From Octopus sinensis (lineage: Eukaryota): a stretch of 64,000 nt of DNA. The position numbers and the translations under genes are program-made. The stretch lies in contig NC_043011.1 in assembly GCF_006345805.1 (NCBI RefSeq), forward strand, positions 47,318,464 through 47,382,463, read 5' to 3'. Every line of letters begins with the position of its first letter. Position 1 is the first letter of the stretch. Under the pieces are notes generated by a model, which was not told where the DNA came from, made no database searches, and was given only the letters and a program-made list of their open reading frames with translations. Of the stretch, positions 52,721-64,000 are shown piece by piece.

Positions 52721-53409
52721 ATATATATATATATTTACTCACACACAAATACACAAACACACTTTCATGTACAGAGATGTACACAGACCTGTACAGAAAC
52801 TGAGCATCAGGATCTTTACCAAATATTTATGGAATGACGTAAATGTACAAATAAATTCTTACAGACATCCATACATACATTCACAAATCATTATGAAATT
52901 TACATTGAAATACAAATTTGCACAGAAGCATAAGTACAAAATAAACGCAAGAAATAGTCTAGTTAAATAACTGTTTTTAAAAAAAAATAAAATATAATTT
53001 CACAGAGAGACACTATAGTCACAAAGAGAACAAGCACAGTAGCACACAGACAAATATGGACGCAGCCATAGAACCAAGGGAAAACACAATGATATCAACC
53101 TAGAATGATATCAAATAAAATTGTTATTGACTTAAGGATATCACAGTCGTATTACATTTCTTGACATCAAATAAGGAAAACACAGAAAGAAATAAAAACA
53201 GATCAAGAACAATACACCTAAATTATACACAAATAATTCTTGTCACTGGCTGTTAATCCAAAACTATATGAATATATATGTATGTATATATGTTTATAAG
53301 TGTGCATATATATTATATCAGGGCATATACATATGCATAAACACATAGACACGCACACACACATATATATATGCATGTGTGTATATGTGTATAAATATAT
53401 GTAAATGTA

Positions 53410-53451
<42 letters not shown>

Positions 53452-54134
53452 TATATATGTGTGTATATATATATATACATACATATATATGTGTGTGTGT
53501 ATAAATACATACGTACATTCATACATACATATATATATAATTAATAATTTTTTACCTTTTTACCTTTATGGGGTTTTTATGCATGCTAAGTCACTGATAT
53601 CATTATAAACAATATCCTCATATATGTATGTATGTATATTTATATATGTGTGTGTGTGTATGTGTACATATATACACACACATACATAGACATATACACA
53701 CATATATGTATTCAAAGTAGAGTGATGGTGAAATGTAATGAAGTAATAACAACAGTTATTCTACAACTAATGGCTATTTGCAACATTCTCTGTGTGTATT
53801 ATGAGTGGAAAGACAATTGAGGAAGCTAACACAAGAATACTACTCTAAAGTCTTTGCAAAATATTTCTTTTTGCTCCCGAAAAATAAACCTACGAAGCTA
53901 TTTCATAATAGCATGTAACTGAGATTTTTATATGACCGCAGTGGTTGGTATAAGAATCCTTTCCATGCTGAGATGTGTAAGAATTTGACAAAATCCAACA
54001 TGTTGAAGGACCATGTCTTTCTCCAATGTCTCATTTTGGCACGGTTTCTATACCTGGCTGCTTGTCCTAACACTAACCAGTTTACACTATCCAGGGTATA
54101 TCTTTTCATTGCACCATCGCTAGCTAGTGGGGGA

Positions 54135-54387
54135 TGGGTGCTTTAGTCTCAGCTGCAGGCTGCTGGAAGAGGGCTCATGGCAGGCCCTGCACCAGATGTC
54201 TGGAAGTGATTGGAGAAGATCTTCAGAGGCTTGATGCCATCTTGGAGGATGCAGAGGGGCTGGCATGGATGGCTAGTAATGGAGAGCACTAGTGAACATG
54301 GTCAAGTCTAAGCATGTTGACATCTCTACGGCCACTAACCTGGGAAGACCCCAGCCCCATCGACCAAGAGCATGAAGCAAGCAAGCA
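54135..54387 (+). mobile_element. RTE-clade LINE 3' end of a different family
   Basis: KRAHGRPCTRCLEVIGEDLQRLDAILEDAEGLA..WRALV and an (AGCA)n tandem tail. Confidence 0.7.
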
Positions 54388-54498
54388 TTACTATTGAGGT
54401 TGCTTTGCTATGAACAAGGCTCCAGGGCCCTCTTGAACCTTGCAATTTTGCTACTCAAATCAATAACCAATTCCTTACAAAATATATGTCGACATTAA

Positions 54499-54905
54499 CA
54501 GGTGTAGGAGTGGCTGTGTGGTAAGTAGCTTGCTTACCAGCCACATGGTTCCGGTGTCAGTCCCACTGCATGGCACCTTGCATAAGTGTCTTCTACTATA
54601 ACCTCAGGCCAACCAAAGCCTTGTAGGTGGATTTGGTAGATGGAAACTGAAAGAAGCCCATCGGATATATGTATATATATATGTATGTGTAAGTGTATAT
54701 GTTTGTGTGTCTGTTTGTTCCCCCAACATCGTTTGACAACCGATGCTGGTGTGTTTACATGCCTGGTAACTTAGCAGTTCAGCAAAAGAGACTGATAGAA
54801 TAAGTACTAGGCTTACAAAAAAAATTGGCCCGGGGTCTATTTGCTCAACTAAAGGTGGTGCTTCAGCATGGCCACAGTCAAATGACTGAAACAAGTAAAA
54901 GAGTA
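54499..54905 (+). mobile_element. SINE family A, full length
   Basis: Homology. Confidence 0.9.
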
Positions 54906-55677
54906 ATGATGATGATGTTGACAATGATGATGATGATATGGTTTGATAGGAAAGATTTTGATAGAGTCACATATGTCCTGTGAACTATCACCTTGATAAC
55001 AATAGCAGTAGAGAAAAAATAACGCATACTAATAGAATTTTTATGTACTAGTATGTAGTCACATGAAGACTTACTACATCAGGTAGGAATTTGAAGTGAT
55101 GATACTACTACTGCTACTAGAGGATTTAATCCATCACTAGGATCACACAATTTGCTTTGCACAAAGACAAACTATGAACTATGATTATTGCTGAAAACTA
55201 AGGAAACACATCAACATGCTCATACATATACATATAAAATCCATGTATGCATGTATATGTATATACATGTATGTATACACACACACACTTAGTATGTGTG
55301 AGTGTTTCACATGCATAGTATGCATGTGTATGTACCACTTGATTTTCAGGACAATCAACTACAGAGTCCACCATCTGAAAGCGATTTGATTGGTTCATAG
55401 GAATGTATATTGATTGCAGATAATTATATGAGAGGAGATGAAGAGTTGTAGTAAGTGATGCACAATAAGCAATTATATTCTGTACCAAAAAGGTGCAGTT
55501 GCAATATTGCACCGTTTACATGTAATTCAATGCAAGATGGAAACTACTTTATCAGTTTGTCTTATGTGGTTTTCAAAGTTACTACTAGAATGTTGCTACT
55601 ATTCATGCATGTCTAACGCATGCCATCTATCTGTGTGTGTGTATCCATGGTTTATACATTGGCCCTTTAGTATAGTA

Positions 55678-55708
<31 letters not shown>

Positions 55709-55925
55709 CTCATAATTATTTGAGGGAATATAATCCTAACTTCCAGGGAGAAATTCGATTTAGAAATCCGAAATCAAATTTCACACAATATAACATATTT
55801 TGCTTATCGCTCGAAGATTGACCGTTTTTTCTAAAGGGCCAATCAAACAAGTCCATTTCTTTCTTTTTAAAGGTGTAGCGTTTGTAAGAGTCTAGATTGA
55901 ATTGATATATCGGTTCCATTCTAGC

Positions 55926-55973
55926 AAAAACTGTCTGATGAACGGCAACGAGAAACTCAGAGTAACAGATTTT
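55926..55973 (+). ncRNA. Type I hammerhead ribozyme with complete core
   Basis: AAAAACUGU-CUGAUGA-ACG-GCAA-CGA-GAAAC-UCAGA-GUA-ACAGAUUUU: stem I CUGU/ACAG extended by an A/U run, stem III AC-U/A-GU with a CAG loop, GUA cleavage triplet. Confidence 0.8.
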
Positions 55974-56031
55974 ATTGAATTTTCTGCTGCTTAAAATAAA
56001 GTATATATATATATATATATATATATAGAAA

Positions 56032-56190
56032 AATTAGAAAAAAAACACCTTTTATCAATTCAAATTGAAAAAAAAAAATTACACCATCTAGAAAATTACA
56101 TATAATAGAAATATTCTATTATATGTAATTTTTTAGATATTGTAATTTATTTGTTCATTTTGAATTGATAAAAGGTGTTTTTTTCTAATT
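56032..56190. repeat. AT-rich foldback element
   Basis: Outer arms at 56032-56064 and 56158-56190. Perfect 17-bp inner arms at 56094-56110 and 56114-56130. Confidence 0.8.
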
Positions 56191-56236
56191 TATATATATA
56201 TATATATTCATATATACATATTTATTTATATATACA

Positions 56237-56620
56237 TAGGCGTAGGAGTGGCTGTGTGGTAAGTAGCTTCGTTACCAACCACATGGTTCTGGGTTCAGTC
56301 CCACTGCATGGCGCCTTGATCAAGTGTCTTCTACTATAGCCTCTGGCCGACCAAAGCATTGTCAGTGGGTTTGGTAGACGGAAACTAAAAAGAAGCCCAT
56401 CGTATTTATATATATTTATATATATATGTGTGTGTTTGTCTCCCCAACATCGCTTGACAACTGATGCTGGTGTGTTTACATCCTTGTAACTTAGCAGTTC
56501 AGCAAAAGAGACCAATAGAATAAGTACTAGGCTTCCAGAGAATAAGTCCTGGGGTCTATTTACTTGACTAAAGGTGGTGCTCTAGCATGGCTGCAGTCAA
56601 ATGACTGAAACAAGTAAAAG
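56237..56620 (+). mobile_element. SINE family A, full length
   Basis: Homology. Confidence 0.9.
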
Positions 56621-56724
56621 AGATAAAAAGATATATATATATATAAGAGACTATACACACTTCCCCTAAATTTGTGGTTTTGCCTGAATGATTGTTGTCA
56701 GTGTTTATTTATGATTATGTATTT

Positions 56725-57140
56725 CGCCCAACTTTACATTCTGAGTTCGAATTCTGTTGAGGTCAACTTTGCCTTTCATACTATGAGGGTTGATAAAATC
56801 AGTACTGATTGAACACTGGGATCGATGTAACCGACTTCTTCTCTTCCCGGAAATTGCTGGCCTTGTGACAAAATTTGAAACCACTATTTATCTATGACTA
56901 GTTTGATGAACTGTCAGACTCATTAGCATTCCAGGCCAGACAAAATGCTTAGCAGCATGTCTTCTGGCTTTAAATTCTGAGTTACAATGTCACCAGGGTT
57001 GTCTTTGCTTTTCATTCTTTTGATGGGTAGTGGGTCAATAATAAAAAAAAATAGCAGTTAAGCACAGGGATCAGACTGATGTAATCAATTTACTCCCTCC
57101 CCAAAAATTGCTGGCTTCGTGCCAAAATTTGAAACCAATA
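56725..57140 (+). mobile_element. Two diverged family B SINEs in tandem
   Basis: Repeated TTCTGAGTT..CTTTGC.TTTCAT core. Confidence 0.7.
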
Positions 57141-57857
57141 TTTATCTGAGACTGAGTGATTGATTTCTTGTCCAACACAAGAACCCCTTATAACATTGTT
57201 TTTATAGTGCAGCTGAAAGACAATACATTATTAAAATATACGAAGTTTTTAAAGAGTTCAATGTGGCACAATGTGATTAAAGTATTTAGAAGAACAAAAA
57301 AAGAAAGTGATTATTTATAAATTAAACTATCTTAAAATCAATAAGAGACGATGGAATGGAAAGATGTTAAATTATCAAAGTTTCCTTTCTAATTACATTA
57401 CAAAAAAAGAATTTTATAAAAATAACAATCAAAAAATCAGGCAAAGATTTCTTTAATTTTCTTATGCTTCTTTTTAACATTTATTTTCAATATATAATAT
57501 TCCATTTTTAACATCAATTTTGATCGTGAATATAAAAGAAATTTATTTAAATTCAAGAAATCTATAATTTGCTTTGTGTGAATATTTTATTCTAAATCAA
57601 ATATATATTCTCCGTCACAGTCAAAGACATTAAATTCCGATGTCTGAAGCCAATAAATGTTTCTTTTCACTTTATCTTTCATCTGAAGAACACTGAATGC
57701 TAATGAAGGATAATTTAGGCAAAATTCTTCAAGACACCCAAAAATAACACAGTGAGGGAATTGATACAATATTATTTATTACAGAGGAGATGAAAATTGC
57801 CTCTAACTACCTGCTTTGGTAAACTCCAAATCAGTACATATTTTAACACATTGTTAT

Positions 57858-57896
<39 letters not shown>

Positions 57897-58720
57897 AAGA
57901 GAGGCGGAGAGAATGAGAAAAATACTATGTACGTGTAGGTGTGTGAAATTAAGCCAAAACAATATGCCTCATGATGGTATTGAAGATTCTAAAAGATCCT
58001 TTAGATGTGACCAATATGTGTATGTGAGTGTCTCTGTGTGTGTTTGCACACATACCTAATGATAATTCCATACTGCTTCGAGTCTGTTTAATCTTGTAAT
58101 ATTGTATTTTATAGTCTGTAGTTTCATCATACATAAAATGTCCTTCTCTTTGTTGTAATAACTAAGTTTCATTGAATTCAAATAGAATAAATATATATAT
58201 AAAAGGGAAACATATGGATAAACATAAGACGTGTCTAATAAAGTTATATACACAGTTGTATTCTGTTGCCAAAGTCTGTTTGTTCTGAACAAATAGCTAC
58301 CATAATTGTAATAATGGTAAGTATATTTCCCCCCTACATCAAAGTATACTTAGAGATTCACATCTTTGTTCACTGTTTTAATGTAACGCATTTATTTATA
58401 TTTATCCACAATATATTCTTGTTGTTGTCTTTTAACCAACGTATCCAAGTCAATTGCCAGTTTACAGTTTCATATATGCGACTGTAATGTAACTGTATAT
58501 CCATATTTGATTAGAAATAAGGCCAATGTTTGCCAGGAACAGTTGATTAAAATAACCACGGCATAGAATTGAAATATAAATCAACTTACAAAGAAACCTT
58601 TGTCAATCAACGTGCTAGAAATAGTAACCAAATCTCTCTCAAATAACATCTTAACATTTTAAAAGAAGAGGAATTAATTGAATAATATACTCCAAAGGAT
58701 TTTATACCTGGAAAAGAAAG

Positions 58721-58952
58721 ACGGCGAGCTGGCAGAATTGTTAGCACGCCGGGCGAAATGCTTAGCCATATTTCGTCTGCCGTTACGTTCTGAGCTCAAA
58801 TTCTGCCGAGGTCGACTTTGCCTTTCATCCTTTTGGGATCGATAAATTAAGTACCAGTTACGCTCTGGGGTCGATGTTATTGACTTAATCCCTTTGTCTG
58901 TCTTTGTTTGTCCTCTCTGTATTTAGCCCCTTGTGGGTAATAAAGAAATAGA
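58721..58952 (+). mobile_element. SINE family B, well preserved
   Basis: GACGGCGAGCTGGCAGAATTGTTAGCACGCCGGGCG...AAAGAAATA, with CpGs retained. Confidence 0.9.
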
Positions 58953-59224
58953 AATAGGTAATGGATTGAATACATTTGAGGTCTTATATACCCATACTGG
59001 TTTCTCAGGATTATGTAGGACTACATTATCAAATGTGTCTGTTCTCAAGGTATTAAGTTGTTGCTAGAATGAGAGATAATGCTACTATTTCTAGAAGAGT
59101 GAGTGACTGTATAAGGCTGGCATGTTGAGAGCCTAGTTGCGGAAAAAAATGTTTTGTAGTTTTCAAAATTAACTGAGGGAATACTAAAAAGCTCCTGGCC
59201 TTGGATAAAAGAAAATGCAGGAGT

Positions 59225-59445
59225 ATTACATTATTTACATTTGACGGATATTTGTCATCTTGTTTGTTGTTAACACAATGTTTCGGCTGATATACCCTCC
59301 AGCCTTCATCAGGTGTCTTGGGGAAATTTCGAGCCTGGGTTCTCACTCTTAAGGTATTTTTCGATGTTGTTATTATTATCATTATTATTATTATTATTAA
59401 TATTATTCAGGTCACTGCCTGGAATCGAATTACACCATATGCCCA
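59225..59445 (-). mobile_element. tRNA-headed SINE with Penelope-type HHR tail, left arm (head internally deleted)
   Basis: Reverse complement of 59446-59743. HHR at 59272-59317. Confidence 0.8.
59272..59317 (-). ncRNA. Minimal hammerhead ribozyme
   Basis: GACAC-CUGAUGA-A-GGCUG-GAGGGUAUAU-CAGCC-GAAAC-AUU-GUGUU. Stem I GACAC/GUGUU. G16.2 is changed to A. Confidence 0.7.
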
Positions 59446-59517
59446 TGGGCATATGGTGTAGTGGTTAAGAGTGCAGGCTACTAACCCCAAGAATTCGAGT
59501 TCAATTCCAGGAAGTGA

Positions 59518-59571
<54 letters not shown>

Positions 59572-59743
59572 TGATGATGATAATAGAAATAACAACATCG
59601 AAAAATACCTTAGGAATGAGAACCCAGGTTCGAAATTTCCCCAAGACACCTGATGAAGGCTGGAGGGTATATCAGCTGAAACGTGTTAACAACGAACAAG
59701 ATGAAGACACATATACATCAAATGTAAATAATGCAAATAATGT
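59446..59743 (+). mobile_element. tRNA-headed SINE with Penelope-type HHR tail, right arm
   Basis: A-box TGGTGTAGTGG, B-box GAGTTCAATTCC, (AAT)n spacer, HHR remnant at 59645-59687 lacking the 3-nt cleavage triplet, (AAATAATGY)n tail. Confidence 0.8.
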
Positions 59744-60313
59744 ATATAATTCTTCATCTCTTAAATCCATCATATTCCCCTCTCAAATTCACACACTTAT
59801 TGCAGTGGTCCTTCAATTTTTGTAAGCCTTGTAAAATTATTCAGAAGATTGTGTCTCCAACCAGGCCTTTCGCTATTCCCTTAAAGCCAGGAACTTTTCA
59901 GCATCCCCTCGTATTTCATTAGAAACATTGTTACAAAGGATTACGACTTTATGGCTTCATATCCAACAATAAATCTGTTATTTTGTTGAGGCTGATGTTA
60001 CAGTTGGTTGCTCGTCCTACTATTAACCACTCATCCAGGACCTAAACACAGAATATGCTTTATGTCAGTTGGACCAAACTGCATTTATCACCAGTAACAT
60101 GCCTGATTCAGGAACAAAATACAGGAACCATAGATCATTCAGGATAAAACACAATGGTCAGTAATTAATCAAATTAAACTCTAAAAATGTTTCCAAATGT
60201 ATTTTCGTTATACACCCACTTTAGGAGTATGCTGAATTCTCGTCTCAAACAATATCATTTTTTTTCTCTAAGGCTCTGTTATATATATATATGTGTGTGT
60301 GCGTGTGTATATA

Positions 60314-60368
<55 letters not shown>

Positions 60369-60379
60369 ATATATATGTG

Positions 60380-60487
<108 letters not shown>

Positions 60488-61253
60488 TTATATATATATA
60501 TGAAACAATGGCAAAATTGATCACCAGAAGTGAATATAATACCAACTGATACAGAACTACTGAATTTAATAAATATTTTGATTGCAAAATATTGTATGAA
60601 AAGAAAATTAAAAAAAACAAAAAATAAATTTCACAGAAATATATAGCTACTAAATCGTATAAGACATGGATTAAGAAATGTAAAAAGGCTCATGTAATAT
60701 CTTTGGATTTTTCAACATTGATAAATGTCACCTCGAATAACGAATGCTGGGAACTATGATCTTAATGAACGAGGCATGACAGAACAGCTGCTGTAATTAT
60801 GATACAACTGTAAACATGAGTTCAGGACCAAATCTGCATAGCAAAAAAACTTGGAATTTGTTTAATGCAGGTTATATAATAACAAAAGCTGTTGTTTAAA
60901 CTATTGAGGAATTGACAGAGTTAACATTGATTTGTAGACTAGGAGCCATAGTGGAAAACTCCGTTTTGTCTTTTTTTTAAAAATTCTTCATTTAAATTCT
61001 TTAGCAAATAGCTAATCCCTTTCCAAGAAAATATGGGAAAGACATCTCTGTTTTATTTTTTAACTTCTTTTTATCTTAATTACTTGACTTTAAAAAGTGC
61101 TGGCACACATTGTAAAGGAAAACAGAGAATAAACATTAGCAGACTGTTATGCAGAAGTACATCACCACACAATACATGTACAGTGTACAAGAGCATGCAC
61201 ACACATGCATATGGGTGCACACGCGCGCACACACAAACACACACACACACATA

Positions 61254-61461
61254 TACTCTTTTACTCTTTTACTTGTTTCAGTCATTTGACTGTGGCCATG
61301 CTGGAGCACCACCTTTAGTCGAGCAAATCGACCCCAGGACTTATTCTTTGTAAGCCGAGTACTTATTCTATCAGTTTCTTTTGCCGAACAGCTAAGTTAC
61401 GGGGACCTAAACACACCAGCATCAATTGTCAAGCGATGTTGGGGGGACAAAAACAGACACA

Positions 61462-61517
<56 letters not shown>

Positions 61518-61685
61518 CATATATACGACAGGCTTCTTTCAGTTTCCATCTACCAAATCCACTCACAAGGCTTTGGTCGGCCTGAGGTTAGAGTAGAAGA
61601 CACTTGCCCAAGGTGCCACACAGTGGGACTGAACCCGGAACCATGTGGTTGGTAAGCAAGCTACTTACCACACAGCCACTCATGC
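61254..61685 (-). mobile_element. SINE family A, full length
   Basis: Homology. Confidence 0.9.
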
Positions 61686-62451
61686 ACCACATATATAAGG
61701 TCATTCCTCCAAGTTATGCAGTTTTTACACACATTTGATGAAACAAGCAAATCTTTCTAGAAATTGTTACTAACTTGAATTGGAGACCAAATTCTTTAAA
61801 ATCTTTTTGACGTCAACTTACTGCAGACCATCTCTATTTCCACATCACAAAACTTTGGATTTGTATTTAACTTGCAACTTTCGACTCTAATTTTACTTCA
61901 GAATCTTTTGTTATGCTATATTCTAAATCCAGCTTAGTCTTGACAAACATTATTTCATTGAATCCTTACAAGTTATTTTATTAGTTTGTTGCTTTATTGA
62001 ATATCTAAGTCCCAGGGGTATGCTGACATAATGTACATCTACCCTTACTGATTTATCGTTCAAATCCATATATTTGACTGGTAACATCTGAAATTCGAGC
62101 CCAAACAAGACAAAATCAAGCCAGTCATAAGAATGGATAGACAAGGGTACAAATCTCACTTATTTGCAACTCTGAGATTGGTGAGATTGAACATCTGTCT
62201 GTTAGAAATATTTCACCATTTCTTCCAACAGCAACAGTAACAACAACAGCAACACAATTTGTTTGCAGCTAAAGTTTAGAAACTACATGATGTTTAGCTG
62301 GATTCAGAAGTTGACAGATTGGCATAAATAAGTACCAAATGTCTCAGTTTTGTACAGAAGTTCACTGAAGAAATTAGAGTGACATTAGTTCTATCTCTAT
62401 ATGAATTATTTATATATTAAGATTTGAGGAATTTCAGAAACCTTATTGTTA

Positions 62452-62499
<48 letters not shown>

Positions 62500-63196
62500 C
62501 ATCATTGTATTTTTTTTTTTTTGTAAACTGAGTCTTTGCATCAGCATATGTCACATTCTTAGTAATATAGTTTTTGACATGTTCTCCACATTTTTTTTTT
62601 GAATGAGCTGAGATGCAAGAATTAAATCTGTCTACTGCCTTAACTAATAAGTAAACAAATATACAATACATCATTGCTGTTGTTTTTTTGTGGTTCAAAC
62701 CCAGGCTAGTCCTGATATAGTTGGCCTTTAACAAAAGACATTCTATCATTTTCCTATGAACAGAGGACACAAAATTTACATTATCCAACACCTTTTTTAT
62801 ATTAAGATGATAAGATGCTATTAGGGAGAGATTTAGCTACTATTTCTTGCAAGGCTGTCTATCACACAGAGATTCTATTTGTGAGGAGAACCATACTGAA
62901 CTGAAGGTATTACAGAATTAAATCTCATTTCTCCACATTCTTAATCTGAATTCCATAATATTTGGCTTCACTGCTAAACAGTATTTCATAGCTAACAAAA
63001 TACATATCCTGTAGTTAATTCAAATATTATCTTAATTCAATTGACTACAATCCTTTCTCAAACATTTTGGAATTCTGCTAATGTTAGAAACATTGGTCTG
63101 TGTATAAGTATATGTAGATGTCTGTATGTGTGTATGCAGACAGACACACACACACACATATTTATAATACATACATACATACATGCATGCATGCAT

Positions 63197-63231
<35 letters not shown>

Positions 63232-63242
63232 CTGATATATAT

Positions 63243-63463
63243 TCTTTTACTTGTTTTAGTCATTTGACTGTGGCCATGCTGGAGCACCACCTTTAGTCAA
63301 ACAAATCAACTGCAGGACTAATTCTTTGTCAGCCTAGTACTTATTCTATTGGTGCCTTGTGCTGAACCACTAGGTTACAGGTATGTAAATACACCAATAT
63401 CGGTTGTCAAGCGATGGTTGGAGGGCAAACACAGACACACAAATACATACATGCATATATATT

Positions 63464-63499
<36 letters not shown>

Positions 63500-63630
63500 C
63501 TATGGGCTTCTTTTAGTTTCTGTCTATCAAATCCACCAACAAGGCTTTGGTCAGCTTGAGGCTATAGTAGAAGACACTTGCCCATGATGCCATGCAGTGG
63601 GATTGAAACTGGAGCCATGTGGTTGAGAAG
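63243..63630 (-). mobile_element. SINE family A, diverged
   Basis: Homology. Confidence 0.85.
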
Positions 63631-64000
63631 CAAACATTTATGATATATACCTATTTAAAACATATATATATATATTTAAGTGATGATGATGATTTATATA
63701 AATATATATATATATATATATACATATATATAATGCTTGTGTATACGCTTATACATATGTATATGCATATATGTCTACTTAAATATAAGTGTTCATGCGT
63801 ACACGTCTATATACATGCATGTGTATGCATATAGATATAGATATATGTATATGTATGTCTCTACGTATTTCTTCTTTTTCCAAGATATACCGAATTATCA
63901 TAATCAATACAGCATACTGATCAAGAGCCTCCCACACATGGCGTATAACTATGTTATTACATGTGTGTTTCCATGTGTTGCCCGTGACTTGCTGTGTCTG

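Noticed and set aside
59446-59520. tRNA gene
   Set aside because: The acceptor stem does not close and the 3' part runs into an (AAT)n SINE body. It is a tRNA-derived head, like those of families A-C.

Overview
AT-rich eukaryotic non-coding DNA, intronic or intergenic. I recognise the repeat families as those of an octopus genome (Octopus sp.); this is recognition, not a database result. No protein-coding gene can be supported: almost all ORFs in the track are microsatellite read-throughs. The window is a mosaic of several components. (1) At least three tRNA-headed SINE families plus another unclassified interspersed family. (2) 5'-truncated RTE-clade LINE ends. (3) R4/Dong-clade retrotransposon remnants (RT and restriction-like endonuclease) lying only inside (AAT)n tracts, next to a 4.2 kb degenerate (AAT)n array. 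(4) hAT and piggyBac MITEs and long foldbacks. The most interesting signal is a set of hammerhead-ribozyme (HHR) motifs in four unrelated short repeats. One at 55926-55973 has a complete catalytic core and can fold as a monomer. Penelope-type minimal HHRs lie at 900-934 and 46974-47009. A tRNA-headed SINE with a Penelope-type HHR tail occurs as a head-to-head palindromic dimer at 59225-59743.
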